Positions 20,461 through 30,739 of a DNA stretch of 64,000 nucleotides are shown here, piece by piece; the stretch's first letter is position 1, and each line of letters starts with the position of its first letter. Both the position numbers and the translations under genes were made by a program. The DNA comes from an uncultured Verrucomicrobiae bacterium (GTDB taxonomy: Bacteria > Verrucomicrobiota > Verrucomicrobiia > Verrucomicrobiales > Akkermansiaceae), in assembly GCA_963771945.1 (NCBI GenBank), contig CAVYVH010000002.1:1243063-1307062 (forward strand). Direction: 5' to 3'. A model generated the notes under the pieces. It did no database searches. It was not told where the DNA came from and saw nothing but the letters and a program-made list of their open reading frames with translations.

Positions 20461-20614
20461 AGCCGCAAAGAGGCGCAAAAAGTTCGCAAAGATGGGAATG
20501 GACGGGGGTTTTGCTGCTGTTGTTGATAAGGATCCTTACTTTGAAGGAGGTCCCATGGATCGAATCGGGTGATGAAATTTGATTTTTGCGCCCGTTTTGT
20601 GCCTTTTTGCGGCT
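20461..20614. repeat. MITE-like element with ~33-bp imperfect inverted ends
   Basis: AGCCGCAAAGAGGCGCAAAAAGTTCGCAAAGAT ... ATTTTTGCGCCCGTTTTGTGCCTTTTTGCGGCT. Confidence 0.7.
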
Positions 20615-20736
20615 GAGAGGCGTCTGATCCGGCGTGGCTGGCACACTGGTATCCGGTTGGCTTTTTTTCGCACCTCTCGGGTTATTCATGCACTTCCTCT
20701 TGCCAGTGGCCTGCTTCCAGATTACCGAGACCACCC

Positions 20737-22331
20737 ATGAGCAAATTCCGCGTCCTCGTCTCCGATCCCATTTCTGAAAAAGGTGTTGAAGCCCTCCGTT
20801 CCGCCGAGGGTATCTCCGTTGATGTGAAAACAGGGATGTCGCCGGACGAACTGCTGGAGGTGATCGGTGATTACCACGGGCTGGTGATCCGCTCGGAGAC
20901 GAAGGTCACGCCCGCCGTCTTCGCCGCCGCCAAGAATCTCAAGGCCATCGGCCGCGCGGGAGTGGGCGTTGACAACATCGACCGCGACGCGGCCACCGAT
21001 CACGGGGTGGTGGTGATGAACACCCCTTCGGGAAACACGATTTCCACCGCCGAGCACGCCTTCGCGCTGATGCTGTCCCTTGCGAGAAACATCGGCCCGG
21101 CGCATTGCTCGATGGTCGCGGGAAGGTGGGATCGCAAGATATACGGGGGTGTGGAAATGTTTGGAAAACGCCTTGCCATCCTAGGCATGGGCCGGATCGG
21201 AACGGAGTTTGCGAAGCGCGCCCAGGCCTTCGGCATGACGGTCGTCGCTTACGATCCTTTCCTTACGGCAGCACGCGCCCAGTCACTCAAGGTGGAGCTG
21301 GCGGAGACAGCCGAAGCCGCCCTGACCGGAGCCGATGTCGTCACTCTTCACATCCCGATGACGCCGGATTCCAAGCACATCCTCAACGAGGAATCCATCG
21401 CCCTGATGAACAAGGGAGCCCTGATCGTGAACTGCGCACGCGGAGGGCTCGTGGACGAGGCGGCCGCCAAGGCATCGATCGACGCGGGTCACCTGGCAGG
21501 CATCGCGCTCGATGTCTATGAGGTCGAGCCGCCGCCTGCGGATTTCCCGCTCTTCTCCGCTAAGAAAACGGTTTTCACCCCACACTTGGGAGCTTCCACC
21601 GCAGAGGCGCAGGAAAACGTCGGCATTGAAGTCGCCATCCAGATCAAGGACTTCCTTCAGACGGGAGAAATCCGGAACGCGGTCAACATGCCGAACCTGG
21701 ATGCGAAGACCCTGGAATCCGTGGGCCATACCTCGATCTTGCCTCGTCCCTTGGGAAACTTCTCTCCGAAATCGCGCCCGCGCAGTGCGATTCCATCCGG
21801 GTTTCCTACCTTGGTCCAGTTTCCGAACTGGATACCGAGCTGGTCACCCGCCAGATCCTTACCGGCTACCTGGCAGCCGCCCACCACGAGGCGCAGGTCA
21901 ATCTCATCAACGCCCCTGCCATCGCCAAAGCGCACGGAATCGCAGTCACGGAATCCACCGTCGCCCTTTCCACGAACTGCACGGAACTCATCGAGATTTC
22001 AGCGGTGAAAGGGAAGGAGACCACCACCGTTGCCGGAACGTTCTACGGGAACTCACCACGGATCGTCCACATCGCGGGGCACTACGTGGAGACGAACCCG
22101 ACCGGACGCTTCCTTTTCGTGGAAAACGACGACAGGCCGGGCATCGTCGGCGTGATCGGCTCCACGCTCGGCACCGCCGAAGTCAACATCGCCAACATGG
22201 CACTCTCCCGCAATACGGAGAAAAAGACGGCGGTCACGGTTATCGAAGTGGATACCGAGCCGACGACGGAACTGCTCAAAACCCTTCGTGAAACCCCGGG
22301 GATTATCAAAGTGCTTTCCTTCGCCCTCTGA
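20737..22331 (+). CDS. serA: D-3-phosphoglycerate dehydrogenase with ACT domain (frameshift near 21726)
   Basis: RAGVGVDNID, GMGRIG, NCARGGLVDE, TPHLGAST; ACT domain NDDRPGIVG in 22005-22331. Confidence 0.93.
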
Positions 22332-22412
22332 ATTCGTCGCGAACCAAAGTTCACCTTCGGACAAACTTCTACTTGCCAACCCCCGCCCCGGTTCCCTAAC
22401 TTTCTTCCAAGC

Positions 22413-22844
22413 ATGAAAAAACTCCTTCTTGTAGCCACCTCACTTGTCGTTCTCAGCGGTTTCGCCGCAGCCGATATCCAATCGCCTCCAGGTTCCCACT
22501 ATACCTCGACACGTAAGCTCGGGCGCGCTATCAGCAACATTCTATACGGCTTCATCGAGATCCCGGAGCAAATCGTTCGCAAAAACGAGGCATACGGGCG
22601 CAAGGCGGGCTGGTCTTACGGTGCGGTTGACGGCACGAACCGCGCGTTCCGCCGTCTTGGATACGGTTTCTACGAACTCTTCACCTTCACCTGCCCGACC
22701 TATCGCGGCACCTTCAAGCCGCCTTATGAAAGGTGCGGACAGGACAACCGCATCGAGATGAACGTGCACGAAGGTCTCTCCGAGTTCCCGCCGGAACTTG
22801 GTTTTGAAACCTACTATGGTCACACCCGCACCCAGAAATACTAA
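22413..22844 (+). CDS. Exosortase system-associated protein, TIGR04073-like
   Basis: Signal peptide, RKLGRAISNILYGFIEIP...GFYELFTF. Confidence 0.8.
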   Translation: MKKLLLVATSLVVLSGFAAADIQSPPGSHYTSTRKLGRAISNILYGFIEIPEQIVRKNEAYGRKAGWSYGAVDGTNRAFRRLGYGFYELFTFTCPTYRGTFKPPYERCGQDNRIEMNVHEGLSEFPPELGFETYYGHTRTQKY

Positions 22845-22870
22845 GGTCGGAACAACCGAATTTTTTCCAA

Positions 22871-22901
22871 AAGCCGGATGGGAAACCTTCCGGCTTTTTT
22901 T
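22871..22901 (+). terminator. Intrinsic terminator
   Basis: AAGCCGGATGG-GAAA-CCTTCCGGCTT followed by a T run. Confidence 0.8.
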
Positions 22902-23040
22902 ATTTCCAGGGACTCTTCTCTTCCTTGAAAATTAGAGTTTAAAATTTAAAGTTTGAGAAAAATAGAGCTTGCCCTCCCGGCACATTTCCCCCAATTTCCG
23001 CGCCCGCCCGAACAGGGGCAACCCAGCAACACGCCAAATC

Positions 23041-23292
23041 ATGTCAGTTTCTCTCCGTCTCAACCGCAAGGGCACCAAAGACCGCCCTTATTACAAGATC
23101 GTCGCCGTGGACAGCCGCAAGCGCCGCGATGGCCGTTACATCGAGCAGATCGGCACCTACGATCCTCTGGTCGAAGGCACCAACTACGAGATCGATCTTG
23201 AAAAAGCGGACAAGTGGCTCGCCGTCGGCGCAAATCCATCCGAAACCGTGAACAGCTTCATCCGCAAGGCGCGCACAGCCGCTGCCAAGTAA
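23041..23292 (+). CDS. rpsP: 30S ribosomal protein S16
   Basis: [42 protein letters not shown]. Confidence 0.98.
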   Translation: MSVSLRLNRKGTKDRPYYKIVAVDSRKRRDGRYIEQIGTYDPLVEGTNYEIDLEKADKWLAVGANPSETVNSFIRKARTAAAK

Positions 23293-23416
23293 GCCCCCGG
23301 TTCCACACCGTTTTCAGAAGCAACCGCGCCCGAAAAGGTCGCGGTTGTTTTTTTTCACGGAGAGCCGATATGGAGAGCCGTGCTTCCAGCAGGCTTCTTC
23401 CACCCAAGCCCAGCCA

Positions 23417-24373
23417 ATGACCCGGGAAACATTCGAGCAGTTCATGGCGCGATGCCTTCATGATCCCGTCAAAGGCTACTACGCCCGCAACATCCGGGCG
23501 ATTGGTTTGCGCGGTGATTTCACGACCGCCCCCCAGCTTTCCAGCGCACCTGCCGCCGCCATCGCGTCATGGGCCGCAAGTGCGCTTCGTGAAACGGGCT
23601 GCCGCCATCTCATCGAGGTGGGTCCGGGTCTCGGTACACTTGCGAATGATGTTCTGAGGAGAATGCCTCCCCTTCTCCGGCTTCGCACAAAACTTCACCT
23701 TGTGGAGTCCTCCCCCGCCCTCTCCAAGCGCCAGCGGGAGCTTTTGAAAAAGCGTGCGAGCTATCACACCGGCATCCACTCCGCGCTCGCAGCCAGCGAG
23801 GGGAACGCGGTCATTTTCTCCAACGAGCTGGTGGACGCCTTTCCCGTCCGGCTTTTCCAATACACGGAAGAAGGCTGGCGGGAAGTGGCTCTTGAAACCG
23901 ACGGCTCCGTCAAACGCGAAATCCTCCTTCCCACTGACGAGCTCCCGCCGTCCTCGATTTTCGAAAGGGAGTTCCCCGTCGGCCAAAGGATAGAGATACA
24001 CGATGCTTACAGGATCTGGCTGGAAACCTGGCTCCCTCTTTGGAAAAACGGAGAGATGCTTACCATCGATTACGGGGATACGGTCGGGCGGCTCTACAAC
24101 CGCCGACCCAATGGTTCGCTGCGCGCATATCTCATCCACCAGCGCCTCGAGGGGGAGGCTGTTTACGGGAACGCGGGCATGCAGGACATCACCGCGGACG
24201 TCAATTTCACGGATCTCGCCAAATGGACAGAACCCTGGCTGGAGAGCCGGGAACCCACGGATTACGCGGATTTCATCGGACCGTTTATGGAACGCGAAGA
24301 CATTGTAACAGCCGGAGCGGCGGGGCATTTCCGGGTTCTTCGCCAGCGCCCGCAACCCGTTTCCGCCAACTAA
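23417..24373 (+). CDS. SAM-dependent methyltransferase, MidA/NDUFAF7 family
   Basis: GYY...GDFTTAP, EVGPGLG, SNELVDAFP, IDYG, QDITADVNF. Confidence 0.88.
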   Translation: MTRETFEQFMARCLHDPVKGYYARNIRAIGLRGDFTTAPQLSSAPAAAIASWAASALRETGCRHLIEVGPGLGTLANDVLRRMPPLLRLRTKLHLVESSPALSKRQRELLKKRASYHTGIHSALAASEGNAVIFSNELVDAFPVRLFQYTEEGWREVALETDGSVKREILLPTDELPPSSIFEREFPVGQRIEIHDAYRIWLETWLPLWKNGEMLTIDYGDTVGRLYNRRPNGSLRAYLIHQRLEGEAVYGNAGMQDITADVNFTDLAKWTEPWLESREPTDYADFIGPFMEREDIVTAGAAGHFRVLRQRPQPVSAN

Positions 24374-24500
24374 CAGAAATGCGATCATTTCCGGAACGGT
24401 CGGTTGACACCATGCCGTCATTTGACCATCGTAGGAACGTAGTATTACGCGGTTTGCCTGCAAGCCTGCCAGTCTTTCACCATCCTAGAAAAAATTCCCA

Positions 24501-26180
24501 GTGTTCTCCAACGAAGATTACCTCGCAGAACTCCTCGCCGAAGCCGGCACCATCGACGCGGATCAGATCCAGAAAGCGCGCTCTTCACTTTCCGGTTCGG
24601 AAACGATCGTTGAGTACCTGATCAACAACACCGCTCTTACCGAAACGCAGGTCGCGGAGACCCTCGCCTCGAACGCGGGCATCCCCTTTGTCGATCTCGC
24701 GGGCTTCCATTTTGATCCCTCCGTCATTCTTACAGTCTCCGAGGACATCGCCCGCCGCTACCGGGCGATTCCCGTTTCCGACGACGGGATGTATCTCACC
24801 GTGGCGGTCGCCGATCCCCTGGATTTCGAGACGCTTGACAGCCTTCCCCACGTCATCGGCCGCGAGCTGAATCTGGCCTGCGCCACCCACAGCGATATCA
24901 ACCATCACCTGATGGAGTTCTACAACGTGGAGGAAAAGAAGACCGAATCCGCAGGGGACACGCTGGAGGTTTCCACCGGGGACTCCGAGGCGGGCAGCGA
25001 GGCCGGAGACGCGCCCATCATCCGCCTCGTTTACCAGACACTCACCGAAGCATTCCGCCTCAAGGCATCCGACATCCACATCGAGCCGCTCGAGACCTCC
25101 GTCCGCATCCGCTACCGGCTGGACGGGAAACTCATCCACGTCGATACCCATCCGAAAAAACTCCTTCCCGCCATCATCGCCCGTCTCAAGGTGATGAGCG
25201 GCAGCATGTCCATCGCCGAGAAACGCCTTCCGCAGGACGGGCGCATCCAGTTGAAAATGGGCGAAAAGGAAATCGATCTCCGGGTTTCCGCCGTCCCTTC
25301 CAACCATGGCGAATCCATCGTCATGCGGATTCTGGACAAGACCGCCCTCCTTCTCGGCCTCCCCGAGCTGGGATTCTTCTCCGACGACCAGGCGCAGTTC
25401 GAGAAACTTCTCGGTCTCCCCGACGGCATCATTCTCGTCACCGGGCCCACCGGATCGGGAAAAACCACCACACTCTACGCCTGTCTCAACGTCATCAACA
25501 AACCGGACAAGAAGATCATCACCGTGGAGGATCCGGTCGAGTACGAGCTGCCCGGCATCAACCAGGTCATGGTCAAGGCGGACATCGGCATGACCTTCGG
25601 CAACGCCCTCCGCGCCATGCTCCGCCAAGCCCCCAACATCATCATGATCGGGGAGATCCGGGATGCGGAAACCGCGAACATCGCCATCAACGCATCCCTC
25701 ACAGGCCACCTGGTTTTCTCCACGCTGCACACGAACGACGCGCCTTCCGCCGTCGCCCGTCTCGCGGATATCGGGGTGAAACCCTTCCTCATCGCATCGG
25801 CCGTCCGGTCCATCCTCGCCCAGCGACTCGTCCGCAAGCTCTGCCCGATCTGCAAGGCTCCCGCCGAACTCACCGAAAAAGAACTGCGCGCCCTTCACCT
25901 CGATCCGTCCCGTCTTTCCGACGCATCCATCTACGATTCCGTAGGCTGCGACAAATGCCGTGGCAACGGCTTCCGGGGACGGATGGGAATTTTCGAGCTT
26001 TTCAACATCGACGACGAAGTCCGTTCCATGATCAACCAGGGTCTCACCACCAGCCAGCTCCGCCGCCGGGCGCGGGAACTCGGGATGCGCACCCTCCGTG
26101 AGGACGGCATACGGAAAGTCCTTTCCGGCCTCACTTCCGCGAACGAAGTAGTTCACGCCACCATGGGGGACTTCGACTAA
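24501..26180 (+). CDS. GspE/PilB-family secretion ATPase, copy 1
   Basis: ASDIHIEP, PQDGR, GPTGSGKT, EDPVE, GHLVFSTLHTND, two CxxC pairs. Confidence 0.95.
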   Translation: MFSNEDYLAELLAEAGTIDADQIQKARSSLSGSETIVEYLINNTALTETQVAETLASNAGIPFVDLAGFHFDPSVILTVSEDIARRYRAIPVSDDGMYLTVAVADPLDFETLDSLPHVIGRELNLACATHSDINHHLMEFYNVEEKKTESAGDTLEVSTGDSEAGSEAGDAPIIRLVYQTLTEAFRLKASDIHIEPLETSVRIRYRLDGKLIHVDTHPKKLLPAIIARLKVMSGSMSIAEKRLPQDGRIQLKMGEKEIDLRVSAVPSNHGESIVMRILDKTALLLGLPELGFFSDDQAQFEKLLGLPDGIILVTGPTGSGKTTTLYACLNVINKPDKKIITVEDPVEYELPGINQVMVKADIGMTFGNALRAMLRQAPNIIMIGEIRDAETANIAINASLTGHLVFSTLHTNDAPSAVARLADIGVKPFLIASAVRSILAQRLVRKLCPICKAPAELTEKELRALHLDPSRLSDASIYDSVGCDKCRGNGFRGRMGIFELFNIDDEVRSMINQGLTTSQLRRRARELGMRTLREDGIRKVLSGLTSANEVVHATMGDFD

Positions 26181-26188
26181 AAAAATCC

Positions 26189-26293
26189 AAACTTCAAACC
26201 CTAAACCTCAAATTTAAGACGAACGCAACTGCCTACCCTCTCGGTTCGCACCAGACCTCTTCCTTGAGGTTTAAAGTTTAAGACTTAAAACTT
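26189..26293. repeat. Inverted AT-rich heptad-repeat element
   Basis: AAACTTC AAACCCT AAACCTC AAATTTA ... CTCTTCC TTGAGGT TTAAAGT TTAAGAC TTAAAAC. Confidence 0.65.
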
Positions 26294-26306
26294 CTCTTCT
26301 CACCAC

Positions 26307-27977
26307 ATGGACAACCGCCAACTCCTAGAACTTTTCCAATCCCGGGGCATGATTGATGCCTCGCTCGCCGAGGAAATCCTCGCCGAGGTCGAAAACAGCG
26401 GAAAAACGATTCCAGAGCTTCTCGCCGATTTCGAAGTCGTCCAATCCCGCGACGATGTCTGGCCCGTGGTGGCCTCCGAGCTTGGCGCCACTCTCGTGGA
26501 TCTGAAAAACTGGACTCCACCCGACGCCCTTCTCGCTCTCGTCCCTGCCGGAACGGCCCGCCTCCACGGAGCGTTTCCGGTGAACTTCGATGAGCAGGGA
26601 CTCCACCTCGCTCTTGTCGATCCGTTAAATCCGCAGACCGTCGAAGATCTTCGCTTCGCGCTCGACCGGGAGATCGTCGTCGTGGTCGCCCCGGATTATC
26701 TGGTCGAAGCCAAGATCAACGAATGCTACGGCGGCGAGGGAAAAGCAATGGAAGACATCCTCGGCCAGCTCGACGCGGGCGCGGAGGAATTCGATCCCGC
26801 CAACGCGGAAGCCGAGGCGAATTCCGCGCCCATCATCCGCTATGTCGATCTGGTTCTCTACCAGGCGATCAAGGAAAAGGCGTCCGACATCCATTTCGAG
26901 CCGTTTGAGAAGGATTTCAAAATCCGCTACCGTGTGGACGGTGCCCTCTATGAAATGGCACCACCCCCGGTTCACCTTGCCCTACCCATTCTTTCCCGGG
27001 TCAAGGTCATGGCGAACATGAACATCGCCGAGCGTCGCATCCCGCAGGACGGACGCATCGTGAAACAGATCGGCGAGAAGCAGGTCGATATGCGGGTCTC
27101 CACCCTGCCCACCCACCACGGGGAATCCGTCGTGCTCCGGGTGCTCGACCGCTCCTCGGTAAACCTTACTCTCGAAAACCTCGGCCTTCCGGACAACATC
27201 TTCGAGTATATCACCGAGACCATCGAAAAACCCAACGGCATCTTCATCGTCACCGGTCCCACCGGAGCGGGAAAAACCACGACCCTCTACGCCGGCCTGC
27301 GCCGCATCAATACGATCGACGCCAAACTTCTCACCGCGGAAGACCCGGTCGAGTATGACATCGACGGCATCATCCAGATCCCTGTCAACGAGGCAATCGG
27401 ACTGGATTTCCCACGCATCCTCCGCGCCTTCCTCCGCCAGGATCCCGACCGCATCATGATCGGGGAAATGCGGGACAAGGATACGGCGACCATCGCCATC
27501 CAGGCTGCTCTCACCGGCCACCTTGTGCTGTCCACCTTGCATACGAACGATGCCCCGGGAGCCGTCACCCGTCTGATCGACATGGGCTGCGAGCCTTTCC
27601 TCGTCGCCGCCTCGCTTGAAGGAATTCTGGCTCAGCGGCTTGTCAGAACGATCTGCAAGGATTGCAAGACCCCCTACGAGCCGAACGAAGCGGTTCTTTC
27701 CCAGCTCGGGGTTTCCCCGCACGAACTGGGTGACAAGCAGTTCTTCACCGGTGCCGGTTGCGATGTCTGCGGCCAATCCGGGTATCGCGGGCGCGCCGGT
27801 CTTTACGAACTTCTCAACATCACGGAGCCGATTCGCGAACTCATCACGAACCGCGCTCCTTCCGTAGTGCTGAAGCAAAAAGCCATCGAGCTGGGGATGA
27901 ACACCCTCCGCGAAGACGGTTTGCGGAACATCTACCTCGGAAAAACAACCATCGAGGAAGTCCTGAAATATACTTAA
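26307..27977 (+). CDS. GspE/PilB-family secretion ATPase, copy 2
   Basis: ASDIHFEP, GPTGAGKT, LRQDPD, STLHTND, two CxxC pairs. Confidence 0.95.
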   Translation: MDNRQLLELFQSRGMIDASLAEEILAEVENSGKTIPELLADFEVVQSRDDVWPVVASELGATLVDLKNWTPPDALLALVPAGTARLHGAFPVNFDEQGLHLALVDPLNPQTVEDLRFALDREIVVVVAPDYLVEAKINECYGGEGKAMEDILGQLDAGAEEFDPANAEAEANSAPIIRYVDLVLYQAIKEKASDIHFEPFEKDFKIRYRVDGALYEMAPPPVHLALPILSRVKVMANMNIAERRIPQDGRIVKQIGEKQVDMRVSTLPTHHGESVVLRVLDRSSVNLTLENLGLPDNIFEYITETIEKPNGIFIVTGPTGAGKTTTLYAGLRRINTIDAKLLTAEDPVEYDIDGIIQIPVNEAIGLDFPRILRAFLRQDPDRIMIGEMRDKDTATIAIQAALTGHLVLSTLHTNDAPGAVTRLIDMGCEPFLVAASLEGILAQRLVRTICKDCKTPYEPNEAVLSQLGVSPHELGDKQFFTGAGCDVCGQSGYRGRAGLYELLNITEPIRELITNRAPSVVLKQKAIELGMNTLREDGLRNIYLGKTTIEEVLKYT

Positions 27978-28183
27978 ACTCTAAATCTTAAACTTTAAAC
28001 TCCAAAAATCCCGGCGGCTTCGCCGCCCCTTTGAACTTCGATGTTCAGCGTTGGACGTTGGATTTTCGACGTTCACCGGAGAATGTTCGATGTTCAAAAA
28101 ATTCTCCCCTGCGCCTAACTTTCCCATCGCCAAGTCCCTTTCCATCGCTTCTTATCTAGAAACAGTTTTTTCAAATAAATCCC

Positions 28184-29473
28184 ATGCCCAATTTCAACTA
28201 CTCCGCCCTCGACGCAAAAGGTGAACAGGCCGATGGTTCCATCTCCGCCGGAACCGAAGCCGAAGCCGTCCAGAAACTCCGTGGACAAGGCCTTTATCCG
28301 ACACAGATCAATGAGGAAGGAAAGGGCAAGCCCGCCGCGGGTGCGAAGGCCCCGGCCAGGAAAGCCAAGGCCAAAGGCAAAAGCCTGAACATGACGATTG
28401 GCAAGACCAAGACCACGGTGAAGCCAAAGATCCTCATGGTTTTCACCCGGCAGCTAGCAACCCTGATTGATTCGGGACTTCCCCTGCTCCGCTCTCTCAC
28501 GGTTCTTGGCAAGCAGGAGCCGAACCCCGCTCTCAAAAACACGATCAGCTCCCTCGCGGATTCCGTGCAAAGCGGCTCGACCTTTTCCGAGTCTCTCGCG
28601 CAGCACCCGAAAATGTTCAACAAGCTCTATGTGAACATGGTCAAGGCCGGCGAACTCGGCGGTGTGCTCGAAGTCGTTCTCAACCGTCTTGCCGAATATC
28701 AGGAGAAGGCGCAGAAACTGAAAAACAAGATCGTTTCCGCCATGGTTTATCCGGCGATCGTGATGTTCATCGCAGTCGCCATCCTGATCTTCCTGATGGT
28801 CTTCATCGTTCCGAAATTCAAGGAGATGTTCACCGAGACGGATTCCAACCTTCCTCTCATCTCCCAGATCGTCTTCGGCTTTTCGGAGTTCATGCTCGCG
28901 CGTCCCATGGTGGTGCCCAACGTGGTTTGGCTGTTCGTTGCCGCCGGTGTGATTTACGCGGCATTCAACGCCATCGGCAAAACCAAGGGCGGGCGCCAGT
29001 TCATCGATAAGATGAAGCTTCACATGCCCATCTTCGGAGACATCCAGCGGAAATCCGCGGTGTCCCGTTTCGCACGGACTCTTGGCACGCTGGTCACATC
29101 CGGTGTTCCGATTCTCCAGGCGCTGAACATCACCCGTGACACGGCGGGCAACGTCGTGATCTCCCAGGCTATCAGCAAGGTTCACGAAGCGGTGAAAGAA
29201 GGTGAATCCATCGTCACCCCCCTCTCCTCGTCAGGCGTTTTCCCCAACATGGTTATCTCGATGGTCGATGTGGGTGAGGAAACCGGTCAGCTTCCTGAAA
29301 TGCTTCTGAAAGTGGCAGACGTTTACGATGACGAGGTCGATAACGCCGTTACGGCTCTCACATCCATCCTGGAACCGATCATGATCGTCATCCTCGCCCT
29401 CGTGGTTGGCGCGGTGGTCTTCGCCCTGTTCCTACCACTCATCAAGATGATCTCCACCATGAGCGAGCAGTAA
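28184..29473 (+). CDS. Type II secretion F / PilC platform protein
   Basis: FTRQLATLIDSGLPL, AGELGG, GEETGQL, LEPIMI. Confidence 0.93.
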   Translation: MPNFNYSALDAKGEQADGSISAGTEAEAVQKLRGQGLYPTQINEEGKGKPAAGAKAPARKAKAKGKSLNMTIGKTKTTVKPKILMVFTRQLATLIDSGLPLLRSLTVLGKQEPNPALKNTISSLADSVQSGSTFSESLAQHPKMFNKLYVNMVKAGELGGVLEVVLNRLAEYQEKAQKLKNKIVSAMVYPAIVMFIAVAILIFLMVFIVPKFKEMFTETDSNLPLISQIVFGFSEFMLARPMVVPNVVWLFVAAGVIYAAFNAIGKTKGGRQFIDKMKLHMPIFGDIQRKSAVSRFARTLGTLVTSGVPILQALNITRDTAGNVVISQAISKVHEAVKEGESIVTPLSSSGVFPNMVISMVDVGEETGQLPEMLLKVADVYDDEVDNAVTALTSILEPIMIVILALVVGAVVFALFLPLIKMISTMSEQ

Positions 29474-29517
29474 GAGCGTGGGCGTCCCGCCCACGCATCC
29501 CAACCCAACATCAACCC

Positions 29518-29997
29518 ATGAAAATCCAATCTTCATCCAAAGCCGGCTTCACCCTGATCGAAATGCTGGTGACGATCACGATCATCGTTATCCTTGCGGG
29601 CTTATCCCTCGGCGGCTTCAAATACGTCACGACAAAGCAAGCGAATGCCCAGGCTGCCATCCAGATCAAGCTGTTGGAAAACGCCATTGAGGAATACAAA
29701 CTGGATCACGGCGAATATCCGAAAGCCGCTACCGGCACAACGGACATAAACATCCTTTATCAGAAGCTTTACAAAGACGGCGTGGACAATCCAAACGAGA
29801 ACAAGATCTATCTCGCCGATCTTGATCCAAAGAACAACAAACAGGGATGGAATACTGAATCAAATCCATCACAACTCACGGATCCTTGGGGCGCTGGGTA
29901 CATTTACCGCAACCCTGGAACTCTGAATCCCGATTTCGACCTGATTTCCAAAGGTCAGGATGGCGATCTGAATACCCCGGACGACCATCACAACTAG
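29518..29997 (+). CDS. GspG-like major pseudopilin
   Basis: Prepilin site G/FTLIEML, YKLDHGEYP, DPWG..Y.Y. Confidence 0.9.
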   Translation: MKIQSSSKAGFTLIEMLVTITIIVILAGLSLGGFKYVTTKQANAQAAIQIKLLENAIEEYKLDHGEYPKAATGTTDINILYQKLYKDGVDNPNENKIYLADLDPKNNKQGWNTESNPSQLTDPWGAGYIYRNPGTLNPDFDLISKGQDGDLNTPDDHHN

Positions 29998-30080
29998 TGG
30001 TTTTCCGATCAATTCCCCACTTCACCGTAACCCTATTTCACTCGACGCCGGGCGATGTCCGGCATCCCTTTTTCTAGCAA

Positions 30081-30668
30081 ATGTCAGACGAAACCACACC
30101 CCCTTCCGAAGAGGTAGCTGCTGAATCCGAGCCGAAGCCAAAAGTCCGCCGAATTTCCAACAAGAATCCCCGCAAGGCGGCAAAATCCACGAAAGAAGAG
30201 CAGCCTCCCGAAGAACAGGCCGTTCCCATCGAAGAATTCGATTCCACCCCGCCCGCCGGTGCTTCGGAGAGCGAGGAAAAGGAGGACGCGGCAGGTGATC
30301 AGAAACGCAAGAACAACCGCCGCCGCAGGGGTAAGGGAAAATCATCCCAGAAGGATGCCGAATCGTCGGATGCTGACTCTCCGGTTTCCGAAGAGACCAC
30401 TGATCTGGTCGATTCGGATTCAAAGGACTCCAACCAGCGCAAGGAAAAGCACGGAAACCGCGGGGATCAGCAAAATCAACGCCCGGGTCAGAAACAGCGT
30501 CCGAAGCTCGACTCCGACAAGGTGGCGAAGAACGCCTGGAAAATTTTCCTGGCCGAGGTCAGCGAGGAAGGAGTGGCTCTCATCGGCGACAATGACGCCC
30601 GCGAACTCGCCCGCCGCTGCTTCCGCCTTTCCGAAATCTTCCTGGAGGAAGAAAGCCGCAGGAATTAA
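30081..30668 (+). CDS. Hypothetical protein with disordered N-terminus and helical C-terminus
   Basis: Low-complexity charged region, then AWKIFLAEVSEEGVALIGDNDARELARRCFRLSEIF. Confidence 0.7.
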   Translation: MSDETTPPSEEVAAESEPKPKVRRISNKNPRKAAKSTKEEQPPEEQAVPIEEFDSTPPAGASESEEKEDAAGDQKRKNNRRRRGKGKSSQKDAESSDADSPVSEETTDLVDSDSKDSNQRKEKHGNRGDQQNQRPGQKQRPKLDSDKVAKNAWKIFLAEVSEEGVALIGDNDARELARRCFRLSEIFLEEESRRN

Positions 30669-30670
30669 CC

Positions 30671-30739
30671 GGAGGGGCGGATATAAAATCCGCCCCGATT
30701 GAGGCTCTTTCTCTGGGCGGATTTCATATCCGCCCCTCC
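30671..30739. repeat. Inverted REP pair (GGAG-type) between convergent genes
   Basis: GGAGGGGCGGATATAAAATCCGCCCC ... GGGCGGATTTCATATCCGCCCCTCC. Confidence 0.8.

Noticed and set aside
24585-26156. Long antisense ORFs (also 51855-53783 extension, 6888-7808, 19203-20357, 58058-59245)
   Set aside because: These are shadow ORFs of GC-rich genes with no recognisable motifs.
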